From contig BAAFSQ010000017.1 in assembly GCA_054661495.1 (NCBI GenBank), positions 1 to 32,000 on the forward strand: a stretch of DNA of 32,000 bases, written 5' to 3'. Each line of letters opens with the position of its first letter. The first letter of the stretch is position 1. Below, one piece after another: positions 9,995-23,161 of the stretch. Source of the stretch: Zygophlyctis sp. KS116 (Eukaryota > Fungi > Chytridiomycota). The translations under genes and the position numbers were made by a program. Under the pieces are notes generated by a model. It did no database searches, had not been told where the DNA came from, and worked only from the letters and a program-made list of their open reading frames with translations.

Positions 9995-11852
9995 ATGGAA
10001 ATTGCAAAAAATGTAAAATTCAAACTAAAAGAAGGGAAATCTGTCCAAGAAATTCTAGACTTGATTTCTTGTGATTCTAGTAAATCTCTTTCAGCAAAAA
10101 TGAAGTGGATTTCAAGTTTATTTGTAAAAATTGGAGTTTTTTCACTAGAAAATCTCTTGATGCAAAGGAGAATGGAAAAGAAAATGGAAGAAAATTCCAG
10201 TCATTTAGATAAAGTCAGAAATTCTGGTTTTTTTGTAAAAATATTTGAAAATGAAATTTCAACACAATGCGTGAAAATGGGATTTAGACTGGAAATTGTA
10301 AAAGACTCTTTGATTTCTGAAAATTATCTCAAAATTGTAAAGGAATTACTAGAAAAAATTGAAATTTACGAGTCTAAAAGGACAAATATAGGATCTTCTC
10401 TAGGATCTTCTCTAGGATCTACAGGAAAAACTAAAGATGCTCCAAAATCAAATAATACAAATAATAATGTTGGGCATGTACACGATTCTGATTCAATCAA
10501 GGGATCAGTTAAAACTAGAAAAATAATTCATGATATTCCAAAAACACTAGAGAAATCTGGGCAGTTGCAAAAACTCAATCAGTTGGAATCAGAAGTTACG
10601 GAAATTAAAAATGACTACTTAAATTTAACTAAAAAATATAATCAATTAGAGTCGTTGTATAAGGAGGCTTTGGAATTTTCAAGTGGGAAAGAATTGCAAA
10701 AAAAGCGTGTATTTCTATTAAAATCTCAGAATATTCAACTTGCAAGATATTTAAATGATACTGTGAATGAGCTCAATTCTAAAGAAGGTTTTGTGCATGA
10801 AGTAGATGAAGATATATACAAGATTAGAGATATTTTAGCTAGAACATTGGGTTTAGTATCTTCAGGAAAACCTGAAAAGGTTTTAAATGGGATTTCAGAG
10901 CTTAAATTAACTTGTCAGTATTTAGAGGCTTTACAAAGGCAGATTCATAGGAGGATAAAGGATCATACTCGAGAGACAAGGATAGAAGACAAAACTCCGG
11001 ATTTTGAGTTTATGTCTGAATTTATTAATACTCCTAAAAGTCCTGAAAAGGTATCTCTAGCGGATATTTGCTCTGGAAGTATTGCTCATTTGAATTTAAA
11101 GCATGTTTCTCGTTTAGAATCACAGTTGCATACATTATATGATTGTAAAGCTATTATTTTTACTTAGTATAATAGGTTTATTGGAACTTTTGTATTCTAT
11201 AAATTCTTGTTTAATCCCAAATATTCATTCTGAAATATCAGCTCATCAGCAAAGTGTAATAGACAAGGCTCAAAAGGAATTAAGTAGCTCAATTAATTCT
11301 CTACTCTCACTATCTGTTTTGATTCCTGCAGCACCATATCCGAAACTAGACACTGTTAGATTGGTTGGGTATCCCTCTCTGCCTTCAAAACAAGATTTAA
11401 TAAGCAGCCTTCCTTCTTGCTCTGCTGGTGTAAAGTAAGGCTTAAAGATTTAACTTTAGAGCAAAAATGGGAGAGTTTTGGGATCACCTGCTTCATGGAT
11501 TAAATTCATTTATAGATCACAAGAACTCTGAATTTGTTGCGATTTCAAAAGAATTGGAATTTCATAAAAACTTGTACCGACAATATGTAGGCAGATTTTT
11601 AGATTGATGATATTAGAATCAAAAAATTGGAACCGTTGTTGAAAGCTTAGAAAAGAAAAAGAGTGATTTAGATTCAAATCTCGAAGGTATCCATCTTCCA
11701 GTTATGTTATAGAAGTTATTGTTCCTTTGGAAAAAATCAGAGAGAATATTGCATCTTTAGAGTTTAATCCAGTTAAAGTTGGGGATTTTCTCGCCTCAAC
11801 AGATAAAGCACTGGAGAATGTGCTTAATTGTTTGCACAGAAACAATTTGTAA
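9995..11852 (+). CDS. Coiled-coil protein of unknown function, 5 exons
   Basis: 390-aa ORF continued via introns 11145-11175, 11435-11459, 11587-11616, 11687-11712; true start uncertain. Confidence 0.7.
10391..10420 (+). repeat. Short coding tandem repeat (GGATCTTCTCTA)x2.5
   Basis: ggatcttctcta ggatcttctcta ggatct, encoding GSSLGSSLGS. Confidence 0.8.
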
Positions 11853-11866
11853 ATAATTATTTGTAT

Positions 11867-13048
11867 TTATAACGTTCCGAGTTTTGTGACAATTCCAATG
11901 CGAACACTCTGATCAAAAGCAGTAAATGCACAAAGACCTTGCTTATCTGGAGACCAGTCAAAAGAGTTAACTGGTTGCTCTGCCACATTTGCCTTTTGAA
12001 TCATCTCAATCGTTCCAGCCACTCCTACATTCTTTCCTTCCTCGTCTTTTCGAACTCGTGAAGATGGATAATGGTACTTATAAAGATGTAAATTCCCGTT
12101 CCCACCAGACGTTATAAAAATATCTCTATTTTGAGGCAAATGCTTTGCTGTCCAGACTGTCGACGTCCCTTCAGTCTATTTTTTAAAATTTTCAAAATGA
12201 TTTACCTTTTCCGCAACAGAAGCAAATCCATTTGTTGGATGCAGAGTTCTCATATCCAAAACTTGAAAACTAGCTTCCAACCCAGCAACCAAGAGTTTAT
12301 TCATTGGAATATCCTTTCTATCGAATTCAAGAGAACAAACCTATTCTAAATTTGAGAATAAATACCCCATTTTTAACATTTGTTTCCCATAATAAAGACA
12401 TATTCCTTAAATCGAAAAGTTTAACATCACCATTATCATATCCAGCGGCAAGAGTTCTCTCTTGATTATTGAAAGAATTTCCTAAAATCTTAAAAAATCC
12501 ATAAATACCAAATGCAACAGCCCAAGTATCTCTTTTTCTTTCCCCTTGAGCAGGAGAAATACATAGTACAGGCTTATCCGAGACTCTTACATCCCATACC
12601 TTTACAAACCCATCCCGTGAACCAGTAGCAACTTCTGGCTGTCCATTTTCTAGTCCGATCCCACCAGCCCCATCTATAGTATTAATAATATCTGTATGAG
12701 CTTGAACAGAATAGACTGGATTTTTCAAATTTTCTAAATCCCAAATACATAATCTCCCCTTAAAATCACCAGTTGCAACTCTTTTATTTGAGAGTGAAGA
12801 TGCACCCATTGTACAAGACTTGAACGCAACCGGTTTTTCCATTTCTGATTTTAAGACTATTGTATTTCCAGTTAATTCATAAACTTGTACAATCCCACTT
12901 CCTCTACCGAATGATTTTAACGTTTGTACCTTGACGACTGTCCAATGACAACAAATTTAGCAGAACATGGTATCCACTTGACTTCAAATGGCGTAAAACT
13001 CAAACTATGAGTAATATGAGTGATTATTTGGCATTTATCAAGCGTCAT
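11867..13048 (-). CDS. WDR92: WD repeat protein 92 / dynein axonemal assembly factor 10
   Basis: [66 protein letters not shown]; introns 12904-12929, 12482-12508, 12341-12365, 12176-12205. Confidence 0.95.
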
Positions 13049-13236
13049 TAAGAATAATTGGAATTTATTTCGCGATCGGGTTTTAATGGATCAATGATTT
13101 TATGTCAAACGGAATAATTACAATAGCCATATGCATTGGCATACATTGGATTGATCGCCATCTACTAAACTCTAATAATACATGGCCAGAAATCAACCTC
13201 AGACGCGAAGTAGCGGAACTTAAAAATCAAATTCAA

Positions 13237-13836
13237 ATGAATTCATCGTTTATGCAGGAAGAACTAAATGAATATTGTCTATTTCCTAGATCTATCTATG
13301 TTCCGGAAGAGTCAAATATTCTGCCGGCGGTAATTTTATTCTTTTTATTCCTAGGAACCTGCAGTGGCCAAGTCTGACAAGAAAAAGGCGTATTATGTGA
13401 ATAAAGCTTGTGTACATTGTAAAGCATCGCATGTCGCTTGTGATGCTCAAAGGCCTTGTAAGCGGTGTATAAGGAGGGGGACGCAGGCCACTTGCGTAGA
13501 TGCAGAATCAAAAAAACGCGGACGACCAAAGAATTCAGCGAATTCTAAAAGGTCCTATGTGTTAGACTCTCTAGAGTCTTCAAATTCAACTGTTGTAAAT
13601 GAACCACTACTTATACCTAATATCATGGATATTAATGATTATGCTCAAAATGGACATCTATTTGATGTATCAGATGTTTCAAAATTATGTCAAGACTATT
13701 TATTTAATACTACAGAAAATGGGCATGTAGAACACGTTTCTGATGATGTAATTAGGGCAGTAAATGCCTTGAATAATATGCTAGGTAAAGATTTTATAAA
13801 TTTTTTTAACTTAAAGATGCAACTAATCAAGGCTAA
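13237..13836 (+). CDS. Small Zn(II)2Cys6 transcription factor (ERT1/RDS2/GSM1-like cluster)
   Basis: [22 protein letters not shown]...C followed by KKRGRPK; intron 13330-13354 and probable intron 13785-13816 (unspliced stop 13840); in-frame upstream ATG at 13102 is an alternative start. Confidence 0.8.
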
Positions 13837-13861
13837 GTAAAATATATTTTATTTGATTTTA

Positions 13862-15526
13862 TTAAAGAGTTTCTGATGGGATTTCCACAATTTGCATTTT
13901 AGTAGTGGTTCCCTCTAAAAATCCAATAATTTGTCCAGATGTAATAACTGCAGTTTGTCCAGGTTGACATAGTCCCAAGTCTACTGCAAATTCTAAAATT
14001 AAAACAAGAAAAATTACTTAGAGTATCAGTAATCACATCATCGGGAGATCCAGTATGGAAATATGGTACTAATCCAAAATGGAGGTTTAATTGCTCAGCA
14101 GTTTGTTTAAACATTGTGGCAGCAATTACAGGTATTTGAGGACGATATTTTGCTACTAAACGTGCAGTACCACCGACTTCAGTAACAACAACAATCACAC
14201 TATTTTTAAATGATTTTTCTTACCTTGCATTGACTTGACGAGCAGTAGTAACTGCAGAAGAGGCAATAGATTCTGAGACATTTAGAGGTTTAGCAACATT
14301 TCGCATGGCTCGGATTTGATAATCAAAATAATTGGTATTTTGTTCAGAAATGTATGAAATTCGACGCATTACCTGAATTGATTCTACTACATAGTCACCA
14401 ATTGCAGTTTCAGCTGAAAGAACTAAACCATCAACACCATCCATGACTGCATTAGCAATATCTAAACTAAATTAAAAGTAATAGTACCTGCAGCTTCAGA
14501 TCTCGTTGGTCTGGGGTGTGATCTCATGTTTTCCAACATTTGATTTGCAACTAAAATTGGTTTTCCAGCAGAATTTGCCTAAAATATTAGATTTTAAATT
14601 CAAAAAAATACAAGTGAGATCATTTTCTTTTGTGCTATTGCAACAATTGCAACATCCACTTCAGCCCCTAAATATCCTCTATCAATCACAATTGCATCAC
14701 ACATTTTCAAAATCGGTTCAAAGTTATCCATCCCAGTCTTATTTTCAATTTTTGCAATTAATTTGACTCTAGAATTCCCTAATAAAAGCCGTACTTCTTC
14801 TACATCTTCAATATCTCTAATACAAGAAATCGAAACATAGTCCACTTCCTGCTCAATACCAAAAAGAACATCAGCCTTATCCTTTTCCGAGACTGCTGGC
14901 AAATCTTGTATAGTCTTTAATGGAAAATTTATCCCCTTTACTTTGACTTTTTCAAAATACCTTGTTTGGACTTAAAACCCCTGAATTCTCTACTCTAGTC
15001 TTTACACCTTCTGGAATTCTTTCTAAAACTGTAAATGTAAGTATTCCATCATCAACTGCAATTGAATCCCCAACCTTTAACAATTCTCTAGTATAAGTCG
15101 TTGCAACCTAAAATTTTTAAAAATTTAAAAATTACTCTTGTAGAATCTCCAATCACAGACTTGTCATTAACAAAATTAAATTCATCGCCTTTATGTAGTT
15201 GAATTGGTTTATTATCTACTGTCGCTCCAGTTCTAACCTATCATTTTTTAAAAAATTTGAAATACCTTTGGACCATTTAAATCCAACCAAATCGCAACAT
15301 GAGCTTCTGTATCCACTTCATTAGAAATTCTTTTAACAGTTTTAATCATTTTCTCTACAAATTCATGATCGCAATGAGCCAAATTAATCCTAGCAACAGC
15401 CATACCATTTAGAATCATTTCTCTAATAACTTGTTCAGAGCAAGATGCTGGACCTAGTGTACATACTATTTTAGTTCTAACGATTGACAATGAATCTTGA
15501 GAGTATAAAAGCGGATGTTTAGTCAT
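13862..15526 (-). CDS. Pyruvate kinase-like protein with divergent active site, 8 exons
   Basis: RTKIVCTLGPAS, AKIEN, RPTRSEA^DIANAVMDG, ARLVAKYRP; introns 15238-15265, 15108-15135, 14936-14960, 14579-14611, 14462-14487, 14200-14223, 13993-14017 give an intact frame. Confidence 0.92.
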
Positions 15527-15592
15527 TTTTTTAAAAGTTTTTGTGTAGTTTTGTGCTTATGTTGAGAGGTTTAAGAGCCATGGGTGTTTAAT

Positions 15593-15666
15593 AGAGTGGT
15601 TGCGTTTAAAAACACAGTGCCGTAACAAAGTACAGTGTATAAAACAGAGCGGTTGCGTTCAAAACC
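15593..15666. promoter_or_regulatory. Pair of 21-nt direct repeats in the divergent PK-like/PP1 promoter
   Basis: agagtggttgcgtttaaaaac (15593) versus agagcggttgcgttcaaaacc (15646), 18/21 identical. Confidence 0.5.
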
Positions 15667-15725
15667 ATCAATGACACCGCCAAGGTCCGTCGTCAGTTGT
15701 TAGGAGATTTAAAAAAAGTCAAGAG

Positions 15726-16832
<1,107 letters not shown>

Positions 16833-16879
16833 GGGCAATAAATTTGATTTTTTTCTAATTTTAATTGGAAATTTTAAAC

Positions 16880-17945
16880 ATGACGGCGACAATGACTTGT
16901 ACAAACAAGGGATGTGGACAAGATTATTCAGATGGACCTTGTAGTTATCATTCTGGCGTTCCAGTCTTTCATGAGGGACTCAAGGGATGGTCTTGTTGTT
17001 CAAAGAAGACGGTGGATTTTGATGAATTCTTACAAATCAAGGGATGCACTCTGGGAAAGCATTCTACAGAGACACCAAGACAAGATCCTGTTCCTGAAAA
17101 ACAGACTCTGAAAGTTCCTACAAAAGTTGAAGATGGTATATTATTTAAATTTATTTTAGGAGTTGAAGTCTATGGAGCGTCTGCTGGAATTGAGAAAATA
17201 TCATTACAATCTCCCCCATCAACCTCAAGCAAGGAAATTATAAAGGTTGAGGAACCGGTCAATGATCCAGAAAATGCAGATATTACAATTGGAACAATTT
17301 GCAAAAGAAAGAGTTGCGGAAATGTGTTTGATGGTAAAAGGGAGAAAAAGACTTGCATTCATCATCCTGGGACTCCAGTCTTTCATGAAGGAAGTAAAGG
17401 ATGGTCTTGTTGTTCTAGAAAAGTATTGGAATTTGATGAATTCTTGAAAATCAAAGGTTGCACTATTGGAAATCATCGTTATTTGGATACGGCTACTTCT
17501 GTTATGGTAGAATGTAAGAGGGATTGGTATCAAACACCAGATAAAATTATAATTTCTTTTTTTGCAAAAAAAGCTGATAAGGAGAAAACAAGTATAGTTT
17601 TTGAAGAGTCAAAGGTATATTAAAAGGTTTAATCTTTTAGCTGTCTGTGAATGTAACATTTATGGATGGTAAAAAAAGTTTTTGGGAAACTGATCTCTTT
17701 CAACCGATTCTTCCTAATGAATCATCTTTTCAGGTATTGACTACAAAAGTTGAAATTATACTGAAAAAGGCAAATGGTCTGTCTTGGGCATCTATTGAAC
17801 CAAATTCAAATGTTACATCGTGGACTACATTTGGAACTAAAGGTATTTTTTTAATTTAAGAAATATAGGGACTGTAGGGACTGTTGGTGGTAAGGAAGCC
17901 ATGATTGCAGGGGATGCCCCAATTTCATTTTTAAAGAATCACTAA
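16880..17945 (+). CDS. CHORDC1: CHORD-CHORD-CS domain Hsp90 co-chaperone
   Basis: Two C..KGC/KSC...H.G.PVFHEG.KGWSCC..FDEFL.IKGCT.G.H domains, then CS domain DWYQT; introns 17136-17159, 17615-17640, 17843-17868. Confidence 0.93.
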
Positions 17946-18072
17946 ATTGTGGTGATTAATATCTAGAAGAAAAATAATATATATAAGAAAAATAGATTGA
18001 TCAGAAATTTTTCAATGATTCTTTAGGCCTTTGATTGTTAGTTTCGCGTTCAAGAGAAAACGCGAACGCTAA

Positions 18073-20241
18073 ATGGAAGCGTTTAAATCTGATTACTTGG
18101 ACAAATGCAATGATTTAAGACTAGATCCCAATCCAGCAATACTAAGCATCCTCTCTAGACTAAATGCTGAAAATATAAGTCATGCTAAATTAGATCTTTC
18201 CGGACATTCTCTCTCTATCAAGGAAATTACACCAATTGCTCACGCACTAGCAAAAGATGTTATATTTACAAAACTTATATTTTCAGATGCATTCATCGGC
18301 GATGATGGTATATTGAGATTTTCTTAAGCTTAGGCTGTATAATACTTGCAAATGCTTTAAGAACTAATACTTCAGCTACTGTGTTGGATTTGAGGGGTAA
18401 TTCGATCCGATCAGAAGGTGCAATAGCTTTGGGTCAGATGTTAAAAGTAAATGGATCATTGAAAAGGTAAAATTAAATTATTCTAAATTTAAGGCTGCTT
18501 TTAGAATGGAATTGGTATTTTCTTACGAGTATAATCGCGATAGTATTGGTATTTGGGACAATGGAATAAGTAATCTCTCAGAATCCCTCACTTTAAATAT
18601 GACATTGGAAGAACTTGATCTTCGAAATAATAAGATTGGGCCCCAAGGAGTCCAGATACTAGCGACGTCTTTGAAGCATAATACTTCTTTACGAAGGCTC
18701 GGTAAATTAGATCAGGTTTATAAATAGATTTGAGGTGGAATAGTGCAGGGCTGATTGGAGCAAGAGCATTTGTTGATGCTTTGAAATCAAATTTCACAAT
18801 AACAGAAATTGATTTGACTGGAAATGAAGTTCCAGAAGATGTGCATTTAGCATTAGGTAATGCCATTATTCTAAATTTAAGTCAGTGCGTTAGAAAGAAA
18901 TAAAGATAAGTTTAAGCATGAAATAGCCACAGCTGTTCATACAGAACATTTAACTTGTACGTTACAAACTTTAAGTTCTTCGCATCAGGAAGCAATACAA
19001 GATCTATCAAAAAAGTTGACAATGGCTGATTCAAATTCTATTTCTCTTTCTACGAGGCTGGCTCTAGCATCAAATGAAATTCAAGAATCACAAGATGCAT
19101 TTAGAGATTTGGAAGCAAAATATGATCGAGTCAGTCGGGAAAGAATGGAATTAGAAGAAATCATCATGCGGGAAAGAAAAGAAACTACAAATAGGATCAC
19201 TGATCTTCAAAGAGAACTCGCTAGAGAAAGAGAAGTACTTATTCTCCTTTTAAAATTAGAAAGTGTTTGAAATGCAAGATGAGCATGCTAATTCTCTTTC
19301 ACAAGTCAAAACCCAGACTTTAGAGACTGAGGCCTCACTACGCGAACAAGAACTCAAAGTTGAAGTCTTGAGAAGAGATAAAAAAATGTTATTAGAAGAG
19401 TTAAATAAATCAAAAGAAACACAAGCCTCAATTATTAAATTATGGGAAGGTATTTCTTTATTTTTACAATCTAGATAAACTGATTCATATGGAAAATCAA
19501 CATCATAATCAATTAATGTCACTACAAGATTTAAAAGATAAAGAAAGCTTGGAAAAAATCAAAAAGCTAAATGATCGCTTAAGACTTTTAGAAACTGAAA
19601 GATCTAATTTAGAGGAAGAATTTGATTCATACAAATCTAAATCTTGTGTTGATAAGAGACATTTATTGGATAAAATCTCTGATGCTGAAGTCAGAATAAG
19701 ACAAGAAGAAGAGAATAAAAGAAGAGATCTAGAATCCAAATTATCTCAATTAACCCAATCTAGAGATCAAATTGCATCAGATTTGACTCAAAGAATAAGT
19801 CAACACTCCCAATCTCTAAAAGAAAAGGAAGTTCTTTGTCAAAAAATATCTGAATTTTCTCAACAAATTGCAGATTTCAAGTCCAAAGAAGCACAAAACT
19901 TTAATCTCAAGATTCAATTAGAATCAAAGATTGGAGATTTACAAAATGAAATTTCAAAGATAAATTCAGAGGTTCAACGTCTATTATCAGTCAACAAGAC
20001 TATTGAAATGGAAAATAATACAATCAAAAAAGAAAAACACGAATTAGAAAAACAACTTTCAGCAAAAGATTCTCTCATAAATCGTCTTAAATCATCCATG
20101 GAAGATGCAGATGATGATTACATGTTACAGGTAAATTTTTTGATTAGCTGATTGTAATAGATGAAAGAATTACAGCTCTCAATCAATGGACTACTAAGTC
20201 AAAAAGCCAATCGCATTCGTCGTCATGAAGAATTAAAATAG
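18073..20241 (+). CDS. LRRC45: Leucine-rich repeat + coiled-coil centrosomal protein (LRRC45-like), 9 exons
   Basis: RI-like LRRs LDLRGNSI, LLEWNCIG.WD, LDLRNNKIG, LDLRWNSAG, IDLTGNEVP followed by a long coiled coil; introns 18308-18333, 18467-18493, 18515-18543, 18702-18727, 18857-18881, 19235-19259, 19450-19474, 20131-20160. Confidence 0.8.
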
Positions 20242-20374
20242 TAGAAATTAAAGACTGCGAACCGTCGTAATAAATTACAGACTATTCCGTTTCCGTTAAA
20301 TTTTCAAAGTTTCCGTCAAATTTCAATCTTTTCCAGTTAAAATTCTAACTTAAGCCTAAACTAGAAAAATTAAA

Positions 20375-22531
20375 ATGCAGATGATGACTGAAGAAGTTGC
20401 TAATGCCCCCGCTGTTCCTGGCGAGGGAAAGGTAAACCATAAAACTGCTGATCGTTTAGCCTCGAAGACTCTTGGGCTATGGAAATACTGATCTGGTCTC
20501 TACTTTTCCCGATGCTTCCTCTCTCTACGAAAACTTCTTGCACGGAGTTAAAGTATCAGGGGATAATTCATTCTTGGGAACTAGAGCTGTTATTAATGGA
20601 GCGCCCGGACCTTTTGTATGGCAAACTTATAATCAGGTCTACAAAAGAGTAAAGAATCTAGCGTAAGTTTTGATTAGATCTTAATTTAAGATCTGGATTG
20701 ATTGGATTAAATCTTAAAAAGGATGCTGCTATAGGTCTTTTTAGTGTCAACAGAGCTGAATGGGTATCTTTATTTTCCTTTATGGTATAGATGATGGGTG
20801 AGCATGCTTGCTTCATGCAAACTCTTACTACAGTTCCTCTTTATGATACTTTGGGTGTTGAGGCGATTGGTAATCATCAGAATATCTTACAAAATAGAAT
20901 ATATAATCAATCAAACGAAAATGACTACAATTCTAGCTACAATGGATAAAGTCAAGGTGCTTTTAGGAATTGGTTCCAAACTTCCAACATTGAAGAATGT
21001 TATATTCATGGATACTATCGATGAGGATTTAGTCAAGAAGGGGAAAGAATTTGAGTGGAATATGCTGTCCTTTACTGATGTTGAAGCTAGTGGGGCTGGA
21101 AGTCCTGTTGAACCCAATCCTCCCACTAAGGATGATATAGCTACTATTTGCTATACTAGTGGTACAACTGGTCTTCCAAAAGGTGTTGTTTTAACTCATT
21201 TGAATATTCTGTCTTTTGCGGCTGCATCTTTGGAATTGATGAAGAAGGGAAAATTGAAAAAGTTTGGAAGTAGTGACTCTTATTTATCGTATCTTCCTCT
21301 TGCTCATGTTTTTGAAAGATGTGTTGTTACAGCCTTGGTTTATGGTGGTGCTCAGATTGGTTTCTATCAAGGAGATACTTTGAAGCTATTGGAAGATGTT
21401 GCAGAATTAAAGCCTACAATCTTTGCTTCTGTTCCTCGTCTCTATAATCGAATTTATGACAAGGTAATGTTGGGAGTGAATTCTGCTGGTCTCATCAAGT
21501 CTTGGCTATTCAATACAGCTTACAAAGCGAAAAAGGCTAATCTTGAGAATGGTGTAGTAACACACTTTTTATGGGATTGGTTAGTATTTGGAAATGTTCG
21601 CCAAAAATTGGGTGGTAGAGTTGAATTAATGATGTCTGGAGCAGCCCCTATTTCACCTGATGTGTTGGACTTTTTAAGAATTTGCTTTTCTGCGACTGTC
21701 CAAGAAGGGTATGGACAAACCGAGACATCTGCTGGAATGACTTTAGTAAGAATTTTAACCTGACTTTAGACAACTGCAGATGATGTTAGTTCTGGACATG
21801 TCGGAGTTCCTTTCCCCAATTGTGAAGTTAAACTTGTAGACTTGCCAGAGATGGGATATACTTCAGAAGATAAACCATATCCCCGTGGTGAAATATGCTG
21901 TCGTGGAAATAATGTATTCCGAGAATATTACAAACTTCCTGATAAAACCGGTAATTTCTTTACCACATTAAAATATAGCTGAGACCTTGGATAAAGATGG
22001 ATGGTGTCATTCTGGAGATGTTGGACAATGGGATGAAAAAGGTCGTCTCAAAGTCATTGATCGAGTCAAGAATATGTTTAAGCTTGCTCAGGGAGAATAT
22101 GTTGCTGCCGAAAGAATTGAAACAATTTTGACAAAACATGAACTTTTATCACAAGTTTTTGTCTATGGTGATAGTTTACAAGCTACTTTAGTTGGTATTG
22201 TTGGTAATTTTCTAGTTTTTTTAATTATACAGTTCCTGATCCTGATGTAATAAAGCATTGGGCTCTTTCTAAAGGGTTTTCAGGAAAGTCTGTTGCAGAG
22301 TTGGTCAAGGATGATACTTTCCGTAGCGCTGTTCAGAAATCTCTGCAAGATCATGGAAAATCCAATGATCTTAAAGGATTTGAATGTCTCAAGTCTGTTC
22401 ACTTGGAAATGTCACCCTTCTCTGTTGAAAATGGACTTTTAACTCCTACATTTAAATTGAAGCGTCATGATGCTAAAAAGTATTATAAAGCTCAGATTGA
22501 TCAAATGTATGCAGAACAGGCGAAATCTTGA
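20375..22531 (+). CDS. Long-chain fatty acyl-CoA synthetase (ACSL1/5, FAA2-like)
   Basis: [60 protein letters not shown]; introns 20432-20459, 20663-20690, 20764-20790, 20870-20897, 21746-21769, 21951-21978, 22204-22232. Confidence 0.96.
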
Positions 22532-22545
22532 AATTTTTTAAGAAA

Positions 22546-23112
22546 ATGATTACTGAACATTTGATTTCTCCACCGACAGCCTCTGAATTCTATGACCATG
22601 ACCGAGGCTCTCAATCTACATGTTATACAGGTCCAAAGGGAGTATTAGCTGATTACAAGAACCAAATCGTAGTCTCTCATCTACGCGAGTATTCTGATTC
22701 TACGACATTTGAATATAATTCTGATATCAGAGCTTCAAGACCTTTATCGAGAGTCAGAGACTTAAATTTCAACACATTTGTATCTGCTATTGAAGACGCT
22801 TCTCCAACAACAACTGTAATTATTCATGTCTATGAGCCTGATCTGTCTATTTCTCATCAGACAAATGAATTACTAGAAAAATTGGCACTCAAAACATCTT
22901 GTTTATTATACAAGATTCAAGCTACTGAATTAATTAGCGTCATGTTTTTTGATCCTGTTGCTCTTCCTGCCTTGTTGGTCTATGTAAATCAAAATCAGAC
23001 GCATTGTCTATTAAGAATCAAGGATGATATCTCAGAGTGGACTGAAAATGCAAGACCTCAAGAACTTTCTTATGCATTTGAAAAGTATTTAGAAGATGAA
23101 GGAGTACTATAA
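22546..23112 (+). CDS. Phosducin-like protein (PhLP1-type, thioredoxin fold)
   Basis: TGPKGVLADY motif, VIIHVYE and ALPALLVY; first ATG at 22546. Confidence 0.8.
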   Translation: MITEHLISPPTASEFYDHDRGSQSTCYTGPKGVLADYKNQIVVSHLREYSDSTTFEYNSDIRASRPLSRVRDLNFNTFVSAIEDASPTTTVIIHVYEPDLSISHQTNELLEKLALKTSCLLYKIQATELISVMFFDPVALPALLVYVNQNQTHCLLRIKDDISEWTENARPQELSYAFEKYLEDEGVL

Positions 23113-23161
23113 TTTAAATAATTGCTTCAGATTAAAAAGAAAAATATTCTAGATTTCTTCT

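Noticed and set aside
12821-12833. Match to the GGTTGCGTTCA promoter repeat inside WDR92
   Set aside because: It is coding sequence (PVAFK); a single short match is plausibly chance.
16890-17480. Long imperfect direct repeat (ccagtctttcatga..ggatggtcttgttgttc..tttgatgaattctt)
   Set aside because: Explained by the two tandem CHORD domains.
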